A stretch of 64,000 bases of DNA from Squalus acanthias (lineage: Eukaryota). Shown here piece after piece: positions 1-12,400 of this stretch. A model generated the notes under the pieces. The model saw nothing but the letters and a program-made list of their open reading frames with translations. It searched no databases and was not told the origin of the DNA. Positions within the stretch are counted from its first letter, which is position 1. Every line of letters begins with the position of its first letter. The translations under genes were made by a program, and so were the position numbers. Location of the stretch: positions 84,384,001 through 84,448,000 of the forward strand of contig CM059432.1 of assembly GCA_030390025.1 (NCBI GenBank), in the 5' to 3' direction.

Positions 1-1590
1 GATTAATCCTTGCCTCTCCAAATGGAGACTAATTCTGTGCCTCAGAATTTTTTCCAATAATTTCCCTACCACTGATGTTAGGCTCACTGGCCTGTAATTC
101 CCTGGTTTATCCCTACTACCCTTCTTGAATAATGATACTACGTTAGCTGTTCTCCAGTCCTCTGGCACCTCCCCTGTGGCCAGAGAGGTTCTGAAAATTT
201 GTGTTAGAGCCCCTGCAATCTCCTCCCTTGCCTCACACTGCAGCCTGGGATACATCTCGTCTGGGCCTGGGGATTTATCCACTTTTAAGCCCACTAAAAC
301 TGCTAGTACCTCCTCCCTCTCAGTACTAATTTGTTCAAGTATATAACAATCCCCCTGCCTGATTTCTATGCCTACATCGTCCTTCTCCATAGTGAACACA
401 GATGCAAAATATTCATTTAAAACCTCACCTACATCTTCCGGCTCTACACACAGATTGTCACTTTGGTCCCTAATGGGCCCTACTCGTTCCCTGGTTATCC
501 TCTTGCCCTGAATATACTTATAAAACACCTTGGGATTTTCCTTTATTTTGACCGCCAGTGTTTTTTCATGCCCCCTCTTCGCTCTCCAATTTATTTTTTA
601 AGTACCCCCCTGCACTTTCTATACTCCTCTAGGGCTTCCACTGTTTTTAGTCCTTTGTATCTGCCAAAAGCCTCCCTTTTTTCCTAATCCATTATTGTAT
701 ACCCCTTGACATCCAGGGTTCCCTGGGCTTGTTGGTCCTACCCTTGACCTTTACGGGAACATGTTGGCGTTGTACTCTCTCTATTTCCTTTCTGAAAGAC
801 TCCCACTGCTCTGATGTGGATTTTCCTACAAGTAGCTGATCCCAGTCCACTTTGGCCAGATCCTGCCTTATCATATTAAAATCGGCCTTCCCCCAATTTA
901 GAACCTTTATTTTTGTCCATCTTTGTCCTTTTCCATGACTACCTTAAATCTCACCGAATTATGGTCACTGTCACCAAAATGCTCTCCTACTGACACTTCT
1001 ACCACTAACCCGGCTACATTCCCTAGAATTAGGTCCAGTACCGCCCCCTCTCTTGTAGGACTTTCTACATGCTGGCTCAAAAAGCTCTCCTGGATGCACT
1101 TTAAGAATTCCGTACCCTCTAAGCCTTTCACACTCTGACTATCCCAGTTAATATTGGGGAAGTTGAAATCCCCTACTATTATTACCCTATTATTTCTACA
1201 CTTCTCTGAGATTTATATCTGTTCCTCTATCTCCCCCTGACTGTTTGGGGGCCTATAGTACACTCCCAGCAAAGTGCTGGCCCCCTTTTTGTTTTTAAGT
1301 TCTACCCATATGGCCTCATTAGAGGAACCTGCTAAGATATCATCCCTCCTTACTGCAGTAATTGACTCCTTGATTAATATTGCAACACCCCCTCCTCTTT
1401 TACACACCCCTCTGTCTCGCCTGAAGATTCTATACCCTGGAATATTGAGCTGCCAGTCCTGCCCCTCCCTCAACCATGTCTCTGTGATAGCAACAATATC
1501 ATACTCCCATGTGTTCATCAACACCTTCAATTCATCTGCCTTACTCACAAGACTCCTTGCATTAAAATAAATGCCATCCAGCCTTGCCAT
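1..1590 (-). pseudogene. CR1 ORF2 (APE endonuclease and linker), broken by stops
   Basis: NARS, ITETWL, GGGV, VYYRPP, LDLIL, SDHN motifs spread over several short ORFs. Confidence 0.9.
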
Positions 1591-1709
1591 ACTCCCTTGT
1601 GCCGTTACATATTTGCTCTGCCTTCCAGGCTGACTTGATGTTTCCTCTATATTTGGCTGTGGATCACCCCCTACTATAGCTCCACTCTGTATCCCATCCC
1701 CCTGCCAAG

Positions 1710-2660
1710 TTAGTTTAAACTCCCCCCAACAGTACTAGCAAACCTCCCCGCAAGGATGTTGGTCCCATTCCGGTTCAGGTGCAACCCGTCCGACTTGTAC
1801 AGGTCCCACCTTCCCCAGAAGCAGACCCAGTGATCCAGGAAACAAAAGCCCTCCCTCCTGCACCAACTCTTTAGCCACACATTCATCTGCTCTATCCTCC
1901 TATTCCTATACTCACTAGCACATGGCACCGGGAGTAATCCAGAGATTAAAACCTTTGAGGTCCTGCTTTTTAATCTGCTACCTAGCTCCCTAAATTCTTG
2001 TTGCAGGACCTCATCCCTCTTTCTACCCATGTCATTGGTACCAATGTGAACCACGACCTCTGACTGTTCGCCCTCCCCCTTCAGAATGCCCTGCAGCCAT
2101 TCAGTGATATCCTTGACTCTGGCACCAGGGAGGCAACATACCATCCTGGAGTCATGTCTATGGCCACAGAAACGTCTATCTGTTCCCCTTACGATAGAAT
2201 CCCCTATCACTATTGTTCTCCCACTCTTTTTCCTCCCCTCCTCTGCAGCTGAGCCACTCGTAATGCCACGGACTTGGGTCTTGCTGCATTCCCCTGAGAA
2301 ACCATCTCCCCCAGCAGTATCCAAAACGGAAAATCTGTTGGAGAGGGAGATGGACACTGGGGACTCCTGCACTACCTTCCTAGTTCTTTTACTCTGTCTG
2401 GCGGTCACCCATTTCCTGTCTGCCTGTGCACTCTTTACCTGCGGTGTGACCACCTCATTAAACATGCTATCCATGAAGATCTCAGCTTCGCGGATGCTCC
2501 ACAGTGACTCCAGCCGCAGCTCCAGCTCCAAAACACGGATTTTGAGTAGCAGCAGCTGGAGACACTTCCTGCACATGTGTTCGCCCTGGACACCGAATGT
2601 GTCCCTGACTTCCCACATGGCACAAGAGGAGCACTCCACACTGCCGAGCTGCCCTGCCAT
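1710..2660 (-). CDS. CR1 ORF1p: N-terminal Cys motif/coiled coil + SGNH esterase domain, open 316 aa
   Basis: CSSC...CRKC, leucine heptads, GDS, PGA, HIGTND, DGLHLN motifs. Confidence 0.9.
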   Translation of the reverse strand: MAGQLGSVECSSCAMWEVRDTFGVQGEHMCRKCLQLLLLKIRVLELELRLESLWSIREAEIFMDSMFNEVVTPQVKSAQADRKWVTARQSKRTRKVVQESPVSISLSNRFSVLDTAGGDGFSGECSKTQVRGITSGSAAEEGRKKSGRTIVIGDSIVRGTDRRFCGHRHDSRMVCCLPGARVKDITEWLQGILKGEGEQSEVVVHIGTNDMGRKRDEVLQQEFRELGSRLKSRTSKVLISGLLPVPCASEYRNRRIEQMNVWLKSWCRREGFCFLDHWVCFWGRWDLYKSDGLHLNRNGTNILAGRFASTVGGSLN

Positions 2661-2994
2661 GTCCTACCCTTAATTTACTCCGTTTACTTCCTTTAAATTA
2701 AAGAATATTAAATACACTAGGGACCTTACTTCCCTTTAAACACTACTTACTCTAACCTAGAGACCTTACTTTTACTTTAACGACTGGACTGTAGAAATAC
2801 TCACCAGGTCCTACTTACCAATCAGCTCCTTCCCTGGTTGTGACATCACTTTAGCAGTTTCACAGTTGTTGTTGTTTGACTGCTCCCGCTCTCAGACTCT
2901 TTCCTTGGTGTAAAGTAAGAACCAATTCCTACAGGGTGAAAAGTTAGGAAAAACAAAGGCGAAGCAAGGGAGCTCCTCCTTCCACTCCTCACCT

Positions 2995-3335
2995 GACTCC
3001 CTGACTCACCCAACTCGCAGCACTCTGTTTAAACCGCACTCAGTGCAAAATTGCACTGCAAAGCCTGTTTTTATTGGCCCTGAAACAAAGGAGCTTGCTG
3101 AGCCCAGCTACAGGAGAACCCGTTTAATCTAGTTTCCCCAATTAACTGCCTTCAGCTGCTCTGAGTTGTAGGCCTTGTATATCACTTTATAACCCTGCTT
3201 AAAGCTGGGAAATTTAGATTTTTAACAGTAAACAGTAACAGTAAATGTGAAACAAACAAAAGTTTGATTTTCGCAAACAGTTAAGACTCCCTGACTCAGC
3301 CAACTCACAGCACTCTGTTTAAACCGCACTCAGTG
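2995..3335. repeat. 51-bp direct repeat (2995-3045 and 3285-3335), 290-bp period, at the CR1 5' end
   Basis: GACTCCCTGACTCA(C/G)CCAACTC(G/A)CAGCACTCTGTTTAAACCGCACTCAGTG, 2 mismatches. Confidence 0.9.
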
Positions 3336-6300
3336 AGGCTAGGTAAGAAGAGGGATCCTTACAGTGGGATGCAGCGAGCACTAGTGGGCAATAGCCACAC
3401 CAGATGGAAGGGATACCACAGGTGCCACCTTTCTGGGGGGTGGGGGCAAAGCCTCATACTAGTCCTGCTGTAGAGAAGTCAGATGAGGACCTCACAGGGC
3501 CAAGTTTCAGAAGAAGGCTGATGGGTGTGACAAACCAAGTGCTTGGTGCAATGGAGAGCCTGCCTGAAAGCTTACGGGTTGTGGCCAGGGGGATGGAGGA
3601 GTCCACCTCCACCTTGGTCTGTGGCATGACGCAGAGCCTGGAACCCATTCGATCCAGCATGTAGAGGCTGGTGACTTCCAGCCAGAGACCTGTGGAGCCC
3701 GACATCATGCAGCGTCTGAGGACTGAAGTCACAGCTTCCACTGCTGTCATTGCAGCTTCCATGGAATGGCAAGGTGCTGCAATGGAAGCTCAGGCAGCTC
3801 CCACAGTGGCTCTGAGTTCCTCGGTTGAAAGGGGCTTGTAGAGTGTCTCCAATAGCCAGAATCTGTCCTCCAGCAGATCACTGGGCAAGTTGAGCAGAGG
3901 CCCCGAGGTAGTGGTGTGTAAATCATGGAGCAGGAACCTACTGGTCTCTGTCCGGATGCCAGCATTGCTGCTCCCTCCCCCACTACTCCACCATTGCCCT
4001 TGCAGTTGCCTGTCAGCCAGGCAGCCCAGACAGCTGAAGCCCTTGCTGAGATGATGCAGACTGAGGCAGGGCCATCGTGGCCCACAGCCTCTCGAGGGTA
4101 TTGCAGGAGGACATCTGAACTGCCCTCTTCAGATTGTCAGCAGCCATCCACCCCGCCCGCTGCTGTCACTGGAGTTGCACGTCGTAGAAGGACTAGATGA
4201 CGCAAGAGCACTTATAGATAACCACTAAGGGTAAGCATCAGTGTGAATAGTTTAATACTTGTAAGTGCTGTTGGTTGTGTCATGTCTTCATTGTTTGTTT
4301 TTGTTGTAGATAAAGAGTGATGATGGTAATTGGGTAGTGGTGGAATTGGTGGTCTTTTTTATTGTGATCTTCATGGGGAAGGGATTGAAAGGATTAACTG
4401 CAGATGATGGACAGCCTGATGGATCTTCAGTCATGGAAGGTAAATCATGTGGCAACAGTGCTCCAGAGTCTGATGGTGGAGCATGTCTCTCAAAAGTGCT
4501 CTTCAATTAGATGGCGGTGAGTGATCTCACCAGTACGGGCCATCTACCTGGAAGCATCTGGTGCTCCCCATGATCCCCCTCCTCTTCCTTTTCTTCCTCT
4601 TCCTCCTCCTCTTCCCCCTCCTCCTCCTCTTGTGGCTCCTGAGTTTGACCCTCTTGACAATTACTGGTGGCAACAGCTGGTCTCTATGATCGCCAGATTG
4701 TGGAGCATGCAGCAAATCAGCACGAATCTGGAGACCTTCTCGGCTGAGTACTCCAGGGCACCTCCTGACTGGTCAAGGCATCCAAATTTCTGCTTGAGGA
4801 CCCCAATGGTCTGCTCAGTAATACTCCTGGTGGCTGAGTGGCTCTCATTGTATGAGTGCTCTGCTGGTGTCTGGGGCTTTCTCAGGGGAGTCATGAGCCA
4901 TGGCATCAGAGGGTATCCCTTGTCACCTAGTAGCCAGCCGTGCACAATGCATTGGGGCTCAAAGATCTGTGGGATGGATGACTGTCTCAATGGCCCAAAA
5001 ATTAGTGTTACTACGCGAGAGTACGCACTGTGTACTCTCGCGTATTCTGTCTCCAATTGCCGGTTTTCTGCATGCACTGCGCATGCGCTGAAAACCGGCA
5101 CTTGGTGATTTCAAAAGGGGGCGGTTCCTAAGTGAACCGCGTGCGCGCTACAGGCTGCGCGCACGCAGTGCACTTAGTGCTTTGAACGCGCAGGTAAGTA
5201 TGGAAGATTTTGCACATAAAGAAAGGAGGCGTAAGACCCTTTTTTAACAAGGTAAGTAGTTAATTAAGTATTATTTTGAATTTTTTTCAACAGGTATATC
5301 TTTTTTAGAGACTTTAAAGAAAGGTAAGTTTATTTTTATAACTTTTTAAAAGATTTTAAATTTTTTCAAAAATTAAATTTTTTGTTTAAAATGGTTAATT
5401 TATTTAACTATACTTATTTTATTAATGTGATGGTTTTAAAAAAAAATTTAATTGAGGTTTAGCTGTTCTTTTGGGGGGGTATAGATTCATAGCTTTCACA
5501 GCACTTGTTGTGAAAGCTATGAATGAAAGATGGTGTGCTGCCATTGGCTCTAACTGAGTCACGTGATCCCACAGCTCGCACGAATTAACTGCGCCTGTGG
5601 GATACGGAAGCCCTGCACAGCTGCTGTCCAGAACATCAAGTTCGTGCGAGCTGGGAATGAAAAAGCCAGCGCGCAGTGAGAGATCGCGGGGAAGCCTTAC
5701 CCTCGCACGAAGGCTCCCTCACTAATTTTTGGGCCATTATAAAAGCATCGTGGCAGCTCCCTGGATAGCAGGCACTCACCTGCATGATATGCTGCTGGTG
5801 ATCGCACACGAGCTGCACATTGTGGGAATGGAACTCCTTACTGTTCCTGAATGCCTCTGAGTTTAAATGAGGGGCTCGCATGTGTACAGTCATGGCTCCC
5901 TGGACCATGGGGAACCCTGCAATCCTGTTGAATCCTAGTGCTTTCTGCCTCTAGTCCTCTCTGGCAATAGGGAATGATATATAGTCACTCCTCAGAGCAT
6001 ATAGAGTCGCAGAGACCTCCCTTATGCAGATCTACAAAGAGGATTGTGATATGTGACTTATATCACCTGTGGCAGCCTGGAAACTTCCAATAGCAAAAAC
6101 GGTAAGAGCTACTGTGAGCTTGACTGCCACAGGCAATGCAGTCCTGGCTGTACTATGACGTCTGAGTCTTTATTCCATGAGGCCACAGATTTCTGTGACG
6201 ATCTCCTTGGTAATGAGCAGCCACCTCATGCAGTGGACTTGGGTCCTGTTAATGTAGGAGTACTGCTCTCCAAATACCCTGGGTGGATAGGGCCTCCTGC

Positions 6301-6963
6301 TGAGAGCTGTCCTTGCTCTCCTGTCCCTCTCTCCTGCAGCAGCTGGTGCTGCTCTGTCTGGCCTCATCTCTCCCTCCAATTCCTCATGCAGAGCGAGATG
6401 CCGATGACCAAGTACTCCCTTTCTCCTGGTAACTCCTATAAAGTGCCCAGTAAGGTAGAGTAGCACAGTACTTACTCTTTTTAGGTGAAGTCCTGAGAGA
6501 ATTTCTGAATAATTGTTGATAGAGTGTTGGTGAATCCTGACAAAGTGTCCCAGAAAGTCTCCTGATGTGTCTCAAAAGTCCTGTTCAAGCGCAGTGTAGT
6601 CAGTCGATCTCAATCAGCAAGTGAACAGTGAAAGCTGAGCATGGCTTTAAGTAGCACTCGAAATCCTCAGCAATGACTTGTTTACTCCTTTTCAGCTAGT
6701 TGCTGTTAGGAGAGGTCGTTAAATGAAGCGTTACCCATCAAGATGGCGTGCAGCCTCTTTAATGAGCACTAGCAGGCAATTTAATTGTCAATCAGCCCCA
6801 TAATGATCTGGTGGGCGGCCGTTTCTAGCGCGTGCTTCAACTCCTTTATGAAGAGGCCGTTCTGCGCTAAAGGCGGGCTAAACCAGGCATCGCAGCTTAA
6901 GACCCCAATCTTGGCCACCTCGGAGGCTCTTTAGCGCCTAAAGTATCCGTTGAAAATTGCCCC
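3336..6963. mobile_element. Degenerate PIF/Harbinger copy A: Myb/SANT gene last exon (+, ~3336-4250), transposase pseudogene (-, ~4500-6400), right TIR
   Basis: [43 protein letters not shown] similar to the intact 46682-47842 protein; end AAAATTGCCCC at 6953-6963. Confidence 0.88.
4992..5735. mobile_element. Harbinger-type MITE inserted in the copy A transposase
   Basis: 16-bp TIR GGCCCAAAAATTAGTG / CACTAATTTTTGGGCC; flanks AAT/ATT; empty site CTGTCTCATTATAAAAGC at 39641 in the sister copy. Confidence 0.92.
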
Positions 6964-7044
6964 TTAACTGTGTACTGGGTGTAGCTGGGGTTTGGTGTAA
7001 GCAGTCTTCACCCGTAGCAAACATGTTTGACCCAAATAGCTATT

Positions 7045-7200
7045 CAGCAATAACGCACACTTATGTAGCACCTTTAAAGTAACAAAATGTTCCAAGATGC
7101 TTCACAATGAGGGAATCAGACAAAGACAGAGTTGGGCAAAGGCTTAGGAGAAATGACCAAAGCGATAGTTGAAGAGATCATTTTTGAGGAGGCTGCAGGA
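7045..7200 (-). mobile_element. L2-type LINE/SINE 3' tail fragment
   Basis: Reverse complement reads ...GTGAAGCATCTTGGAACATTTTGTTACTTTAAAGGTGCTACATAAG..., similar to 42335-42525. Confidence 0.55.
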
Positions 7201-7230
7201 TGTAGCAGGATGAATGGGCTAAGAAATAAA

Positions 7231-9331
7231 GGGCTAGAAATTCATCAACTTACCGCCACTCCGTAGTGCCATGAAACTGCTGCTCTTTCACCAGCTAGTG
7301 GCGGATCCCGCGGTGGCCGCCATATTCCTCACCCCCTTTGCGCTGCCGGTAATTGGCAGCGCCCTGGGAAATAAATGACGACGTGGCGCTGTCAATTGGT
7401 GTGCAACGCCAACTTAACGTCACCAATGCGAACTTCGACCCTAGCGCTGAATTCAGCGCTGGGTCCTAAGCACACCAGGTTAACCTGGCATGCAAGCAGG
7501 CTGACAGTGGCGATGTCTGTATCTCTTAAAGGGACACACACATCGTTAGGTAAGTTTGAATGTAAAGTTTTGGACTGCGTTTTTTTGATTTTATTGAAGT
7601 GGTGGCTCAGATGGTAAATGAAGGCCTTTGAGAAGACAGAACATACTACGAATACTCAGCAGGTCAGGCAACATCTGTCGAGAAAACAACAGAGTTCACG
7701 TCTCAGGTCGGGATGCTGCCTGACCAGCTGAGTATTTCCAGCATATTACGCTGTCATTTCAGATTTACAGCATCCACTTGCAGAGGGAAGAGGAGGAAGC
7801 AGAAGAGGAGGAAGCAGAAGAGGAGGAATCAGATGGAAGGATGCATCCCAGACAACCCCTTTGTGGCCGGGATATCTGGAATGGAATCATCCGCCTGTGG
7901 TCCCAGTGACCACAACCCCAATTCCCCTTTCAGCATTAGTTCCAGATCATACCTTTCATCTGTTACTGACCATCACAACGTCCTCTTGGCCACAATGCTG
8001 AAATAAAATCCACCAAAAAGCAAACATTCCAATCCACCTATACATGTCTATCCATCCAATGTGACATCAAGAAATCAACTCATCACTTATATGCATTCCC
8101 TTAGTGACTGTCTTGTGTGTGCCTTTGCCTATCCTACTGATGTCACGCAGTGCTACCCCAGTGGCTGCAGCATGGCTGGTGGAAGGCTACATTTCAGTGG
8201 GGGACACTGCAAATGTCCTTGCTGGTTGACCTTGAGGGGCTGGTGGCTGGAACTGTCAAATCAATCTTCTTCTGTTCTTGTTCTTCTTCACTCTCTTCTC
8301 TTCTTGGTCGCCCACTGGCTGGACAGGCTGCATTTCTTGGGTGTGTGAAATGAGGAAGGCATAAGGGTGGAGTTGTGGTAACGGGAAGGCGGGAAAGCAT
8401 GAGGAGCATGCCAGAGGGAGGATAATGTATGAGGATACCAGCACCTTGTATCCTTTCTGCCCTGCTGCTGTCCAAGGGCTCAGCCATGCCCCTGCCAAGA
8501 ATGGCCTGCACCATCTCCTCCAAGGGGGTGAGCTGAGACTAGGAATGGGAGTGTGCCTTATGATTGGTGCAGATTGTTGTTAGGTGAGTGATTGGGGGTC
8601 GTGCATTGAGCAGTGTGTGAGGCTAGTGGTGCAGTTGGTAGGTGACGGCTTTTGAAGATGCATTCACTGACCTTGACCAGTGGACTGTGGTCATGAAGCT
8701 TCTTTGGGCACAGGAGCCAGATGGTGGGGGCAACACTGCTGGCAGTGACGACCTTGGTGATGTACTCCCACATCCTTCTTTCTGGAGGGCATCCTGGCCC
8801 TTGTGGGTAGAGGGCCTGTCTTGCAGTGTTGACCCCCTGCACAAAGCTGGAGTGCTGCGTGCGAGACCCTGGGTGCCCCTTCCCTGGTTTGCTGAGCAAT
8901 TTGTGTTCGTGCTGAGGCAGTTTTCCCATTTGTTGTGGTTCAGTAGGTAATTCAGCCTTAAGAGCTGAATATTCACATTTGGGACATTTTTTAACATTAA
9001 ATAGTTTTTAAAAGGCAGAAAGGGCTGAAAACTGTATTGTTTCACTTCATTTTATTTTGTATTGCTTCAGTGTGTATGGCCCCTTTAATTCTCAGACCTC
9101 TTCATTACCCACAATTCCTTGCGAGCTCCACAGCCTCGATTCCAGAAGCTGTGGGAAGCTGCAACGCTGCACCTGGACAGGAACTTTGTCTCGGATGCCT
9201 CCAGCAACACAACCAGGATGGCATTGCACGGAAGGTAAGCGCTGCACCAACAATCTCCTGCCCCCGCAGACCAATTTTGCTTCGTTTTCAGCGGCTGTTA
9301 ACTTTTGCTGGTGAACACGAATTTTTTCCCC
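7231..9331. mobile_element. Internally deleted, degenerate Harbinger element
   Basis: Ends GGGCTAGAAATTC / GAATTTTTTCCCC, TSD AAA/AAA; acidic transposase C-tail remnant (+, ~7785-7900) and Myb-gene remnants (-, ~8100-8930). Confidence 0.7.
7634..7775. mobile_element. Short fold-back repeat, probably Penelope-derived; same family as 26436-26583
   Basis: Inverted arms 7651-7675 / 7712-7736; shared TACTCAGCAGGTCAGGCA...CAGAGTT..CGT.TCAGGTCG. Confidence 0.65.
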
Positions 9332-9432
9332 AAAACTCCTAAATTTTGAAGCACGATGGCTGAAGGGTCTGCTACCAATGATGCAGGGGAATGAGAGCAG
9401 CAGATGCACAAGTAGATCCGAGCCGGATGAGG

Positions 9433-12400
9433 TTTTTTTTATTCGTTCATGGGATCTGGGCGTCGCTAGCAAGGCCAGCATTTATTGCCCATCCCTAGTT
9501 GCCCTTGAGAAGGTGGTGGTGAGCTGCCTTCTTGAACCGCTGCAGTTCGTGTGGTGAAGTTACTCCCACAGTGCTGTTAGGTAGGGAGTTCCAGGATTTT
9601 GACCCAGCGACGATGAAGGATCGACGATATACTTCTAAGTCAGGATGGTGTGTGACTTGGAGGGGAACTTGGAGGTGGTGATGTTCCCTTGCGCCTGCTG
9701 CCCTTGTCCTTCTAGATGGAAGAGGTCGCGGGTTTGAGAGGTGCTGCCGAAGAAGCCTTGGCGAGCTGCTGCAGTGCATCTTGTAGAGGGTACACACTGC
9801 AGCCACGGTACGCCGGTGGTGGAGGGAGTGAATGTTTAAGGTGGTGGATGGGGTGCCGATCAAATGGGCTGCTTTGTCCTGGATGGTGTCGAGCTTCTTG
9901 AGTGTTGTTGGAGCTGCACTCATCCAGGCAAGTGGAGAGTATTCCATCACACTCCTGACTTGTGCCTTGTAGATGGTGGAAAGGCTTTGGGGAGTCAGGA
10001 GGTGAGACACTCGCTGCAGAATACCTAGCCTCTGACCTGCTCTTGTTGCCACAGTATTTATGTGGCTGGTCCAGTTAAGTTTCTGTTCAATGGTGACCCC
10101 CAGGATGTTGATGGTGGGGGATTCTGCGATTGTAATGTCGTTGAATGTCATGGGGAGGTGGTTAGACTCTCGCTTGTTGGAAATAGTCATTGCCTGGCAC
10201 TTCTGTGGCGCGAATGTTACCTGCCACTTATCAGCCCAAGCCTGAACATCGTCCAGGTCTTGTTGCATGCTGGCATGGACTGCTTCATTATCTGAGGAGT
10301 TGTGAATGGCGCTGAACATTGTGCAGTCATCAGCGAACATCCCCATTTCTGACCTTATGTTGGAGGGAAGGTCATTGATGAAGCAGCTGAAGATGGTTGG
10401 GCCTAGGACACTGCTCTGAGGAACTCCTGCAGCGATGTCCTGGGGCTATGATGATTGACCTTCAATCACCACAACCATCTTCCTTTGTGCTAGGTATGAC
10501 TCCAGCCAGTGGAGCATTTTCCCCCTGATTCCCATTGACTTCAGTTTTACTAGGGCTCCTTGATGCCACACTCGGTCAAATGCTGCCTTGATGTCAAGGG
10601 CAGTCACTCTCACCTCACCTCTGGAATTCAGCTCCTTTGTCCATGTTTGGACCAAGGCTGTAGTGAGGTCCGGAGCTGAATAGTCTTGGCGGAACCCAAA
10701 CTAGGCATCAGTGAGCAGGTTATTGGTGAGTAAGTGCCGCTTGATAGCACTGTCGATGACACCTTCCATCACTTTGCTGATGATTGAGAGTAGACTGATG
10801 GGGCGGTAATTGGCCGGATTGGATTTGTCCTGCTTTTTGTGGACAGGACATACCTGGGCCATTTTCCACATTGTCGGATAAATGCCAGTGTTGTAGCTGT
10901 ACTGGAACAGCTTGGCTAGAGAGGCGGCTAGTTCTGGAGCACAAGTCTTCAGCACGATAGCCGGGATGTTGGCGGGGCCCATAGCCTTTGCTGTATCCAG
11001 TGCTCTCAGCCATTTCTTGATATCGCATGGAGTGAATCGAATTGGCTGAAAACTGGCTTCTGTGATAGTGGGGACCTCGGGAGTAAGCCGATATGGATCA
11101 TTCACTCGGCACTTCTGACTGAAGATGGTTGCAAACGCTTCAGCCTTGTCTTTTACACTCACGTGCTGGGCTCCACCCTCATTGAGGATGGGGATATTCA
11201 TGGAGCCTCCTCCTCCCGTTAGTTGTTTAATGGTCCACCACCATTCACGACTGGATGTGGCAGGACTGCAGAGCTTTGATCTGATCCGTTGATTGTGGGA
11301 TCGCTCAGCCCTGTCTATAGCATGCTGCTTCTGCTTTTTAGCACGCATGTAGTCCTGTGTTGCAGCTTCCCCAGGTTGGCACCTCATTTTTAGGTACGCC
11401 TGGTGCTGCTCCCGGCATGCTCTTCTGCACTCCTTATTGAACCAGGGTTGGTCCCCTAGCTTGGTTGTAATGGTAGAGTGAGGGATATGCCGGGCCATGA
11501 GGTTACAGATTGTGGTGGAATACAATTCTGCTGCTGCTGATGGCCCACAGCGCCTCATGGATGCCCAGTTTTAAGCTGCTAGATCTGTTCTGAATCTATC
11601 CCATTGAGCATGGTGGTAGTGCCACACAACACAATGGAGGGTGTCCTCAGTGTGAAGATGGGACTTCGTCTCCGCAATGACTGTGCGGTGGTCACTGCTA
11701 CCAATGCTGTCATGGACAGATGCATCTGCGACAGGTAGATTGGTGAGGACGTGGTCAAGTAGGTTTTTCCCTCGTGTTGGTTCTCTCACCACCTGTCGCA
11801 GGCCCAGACTGGCAGTTATGTCCTTCAGGACTCGGCCAGCTCAGTCAGTCGTGGTGCTACCGAGCCACTCTTGGTGATGGACATTGAAGTCCCCCACCCA
11901 GAGTACATTCTGTGCCCTCGCTACTCTCAGTGCTTCTTCCAAGTGGTGTTCAACATAGAGGAGTACTGATTCATCAGCTGAGGGAGGGCGGTAGGTGGTA
12001 ATCAGCAGGAGGTTTCCTTGCCCATGCTTGACCTGAAACCATGAGACTTCATGGGGTCCGGAGTCAATGTTGAGGACTCCCAGGACCACTCCTTCCCGAC
12101 TGTATCATCACCCCTGGTGGGTCTGTCCTGCCGGTGGGACAGGAGATACCCAGGGATGGTGATGGAGGAGTTTGGGACATTTGCTGAAAGGTATGATTCT
12201 GTGAGTATGACTATGTCAGGCTGTTGCTTGACTAGTCTGTGGGACAGCTCTCCCAATTTGGCACAAGTTCCCAGATGTTGGTGAGGAGGTCTTTGCAGGG
12301 TCGACTGGGCTGGGTGTGCCATTGCCGTGTCCGTGTCCGGTGCCGAGGTCGATGCCAGGTGGTCCATCTGGTTTTGTATTGGTTAGTTACAACTGAGTGA

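Larger units (their letters stand above)
1..3335 (-). mobile_element. CR1 non-LTR retrotransposon, 5' portion (5' UTR, ORF1, start of ORF2); runs off the left edge
   Basis: ORF1 1710-2660, APE-endonuclease fragments 692-1590, pre-RT region below 300; 5' UTR 2661-2927 matches 32146-32424 in reverse complement. Confidence 0.93.
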
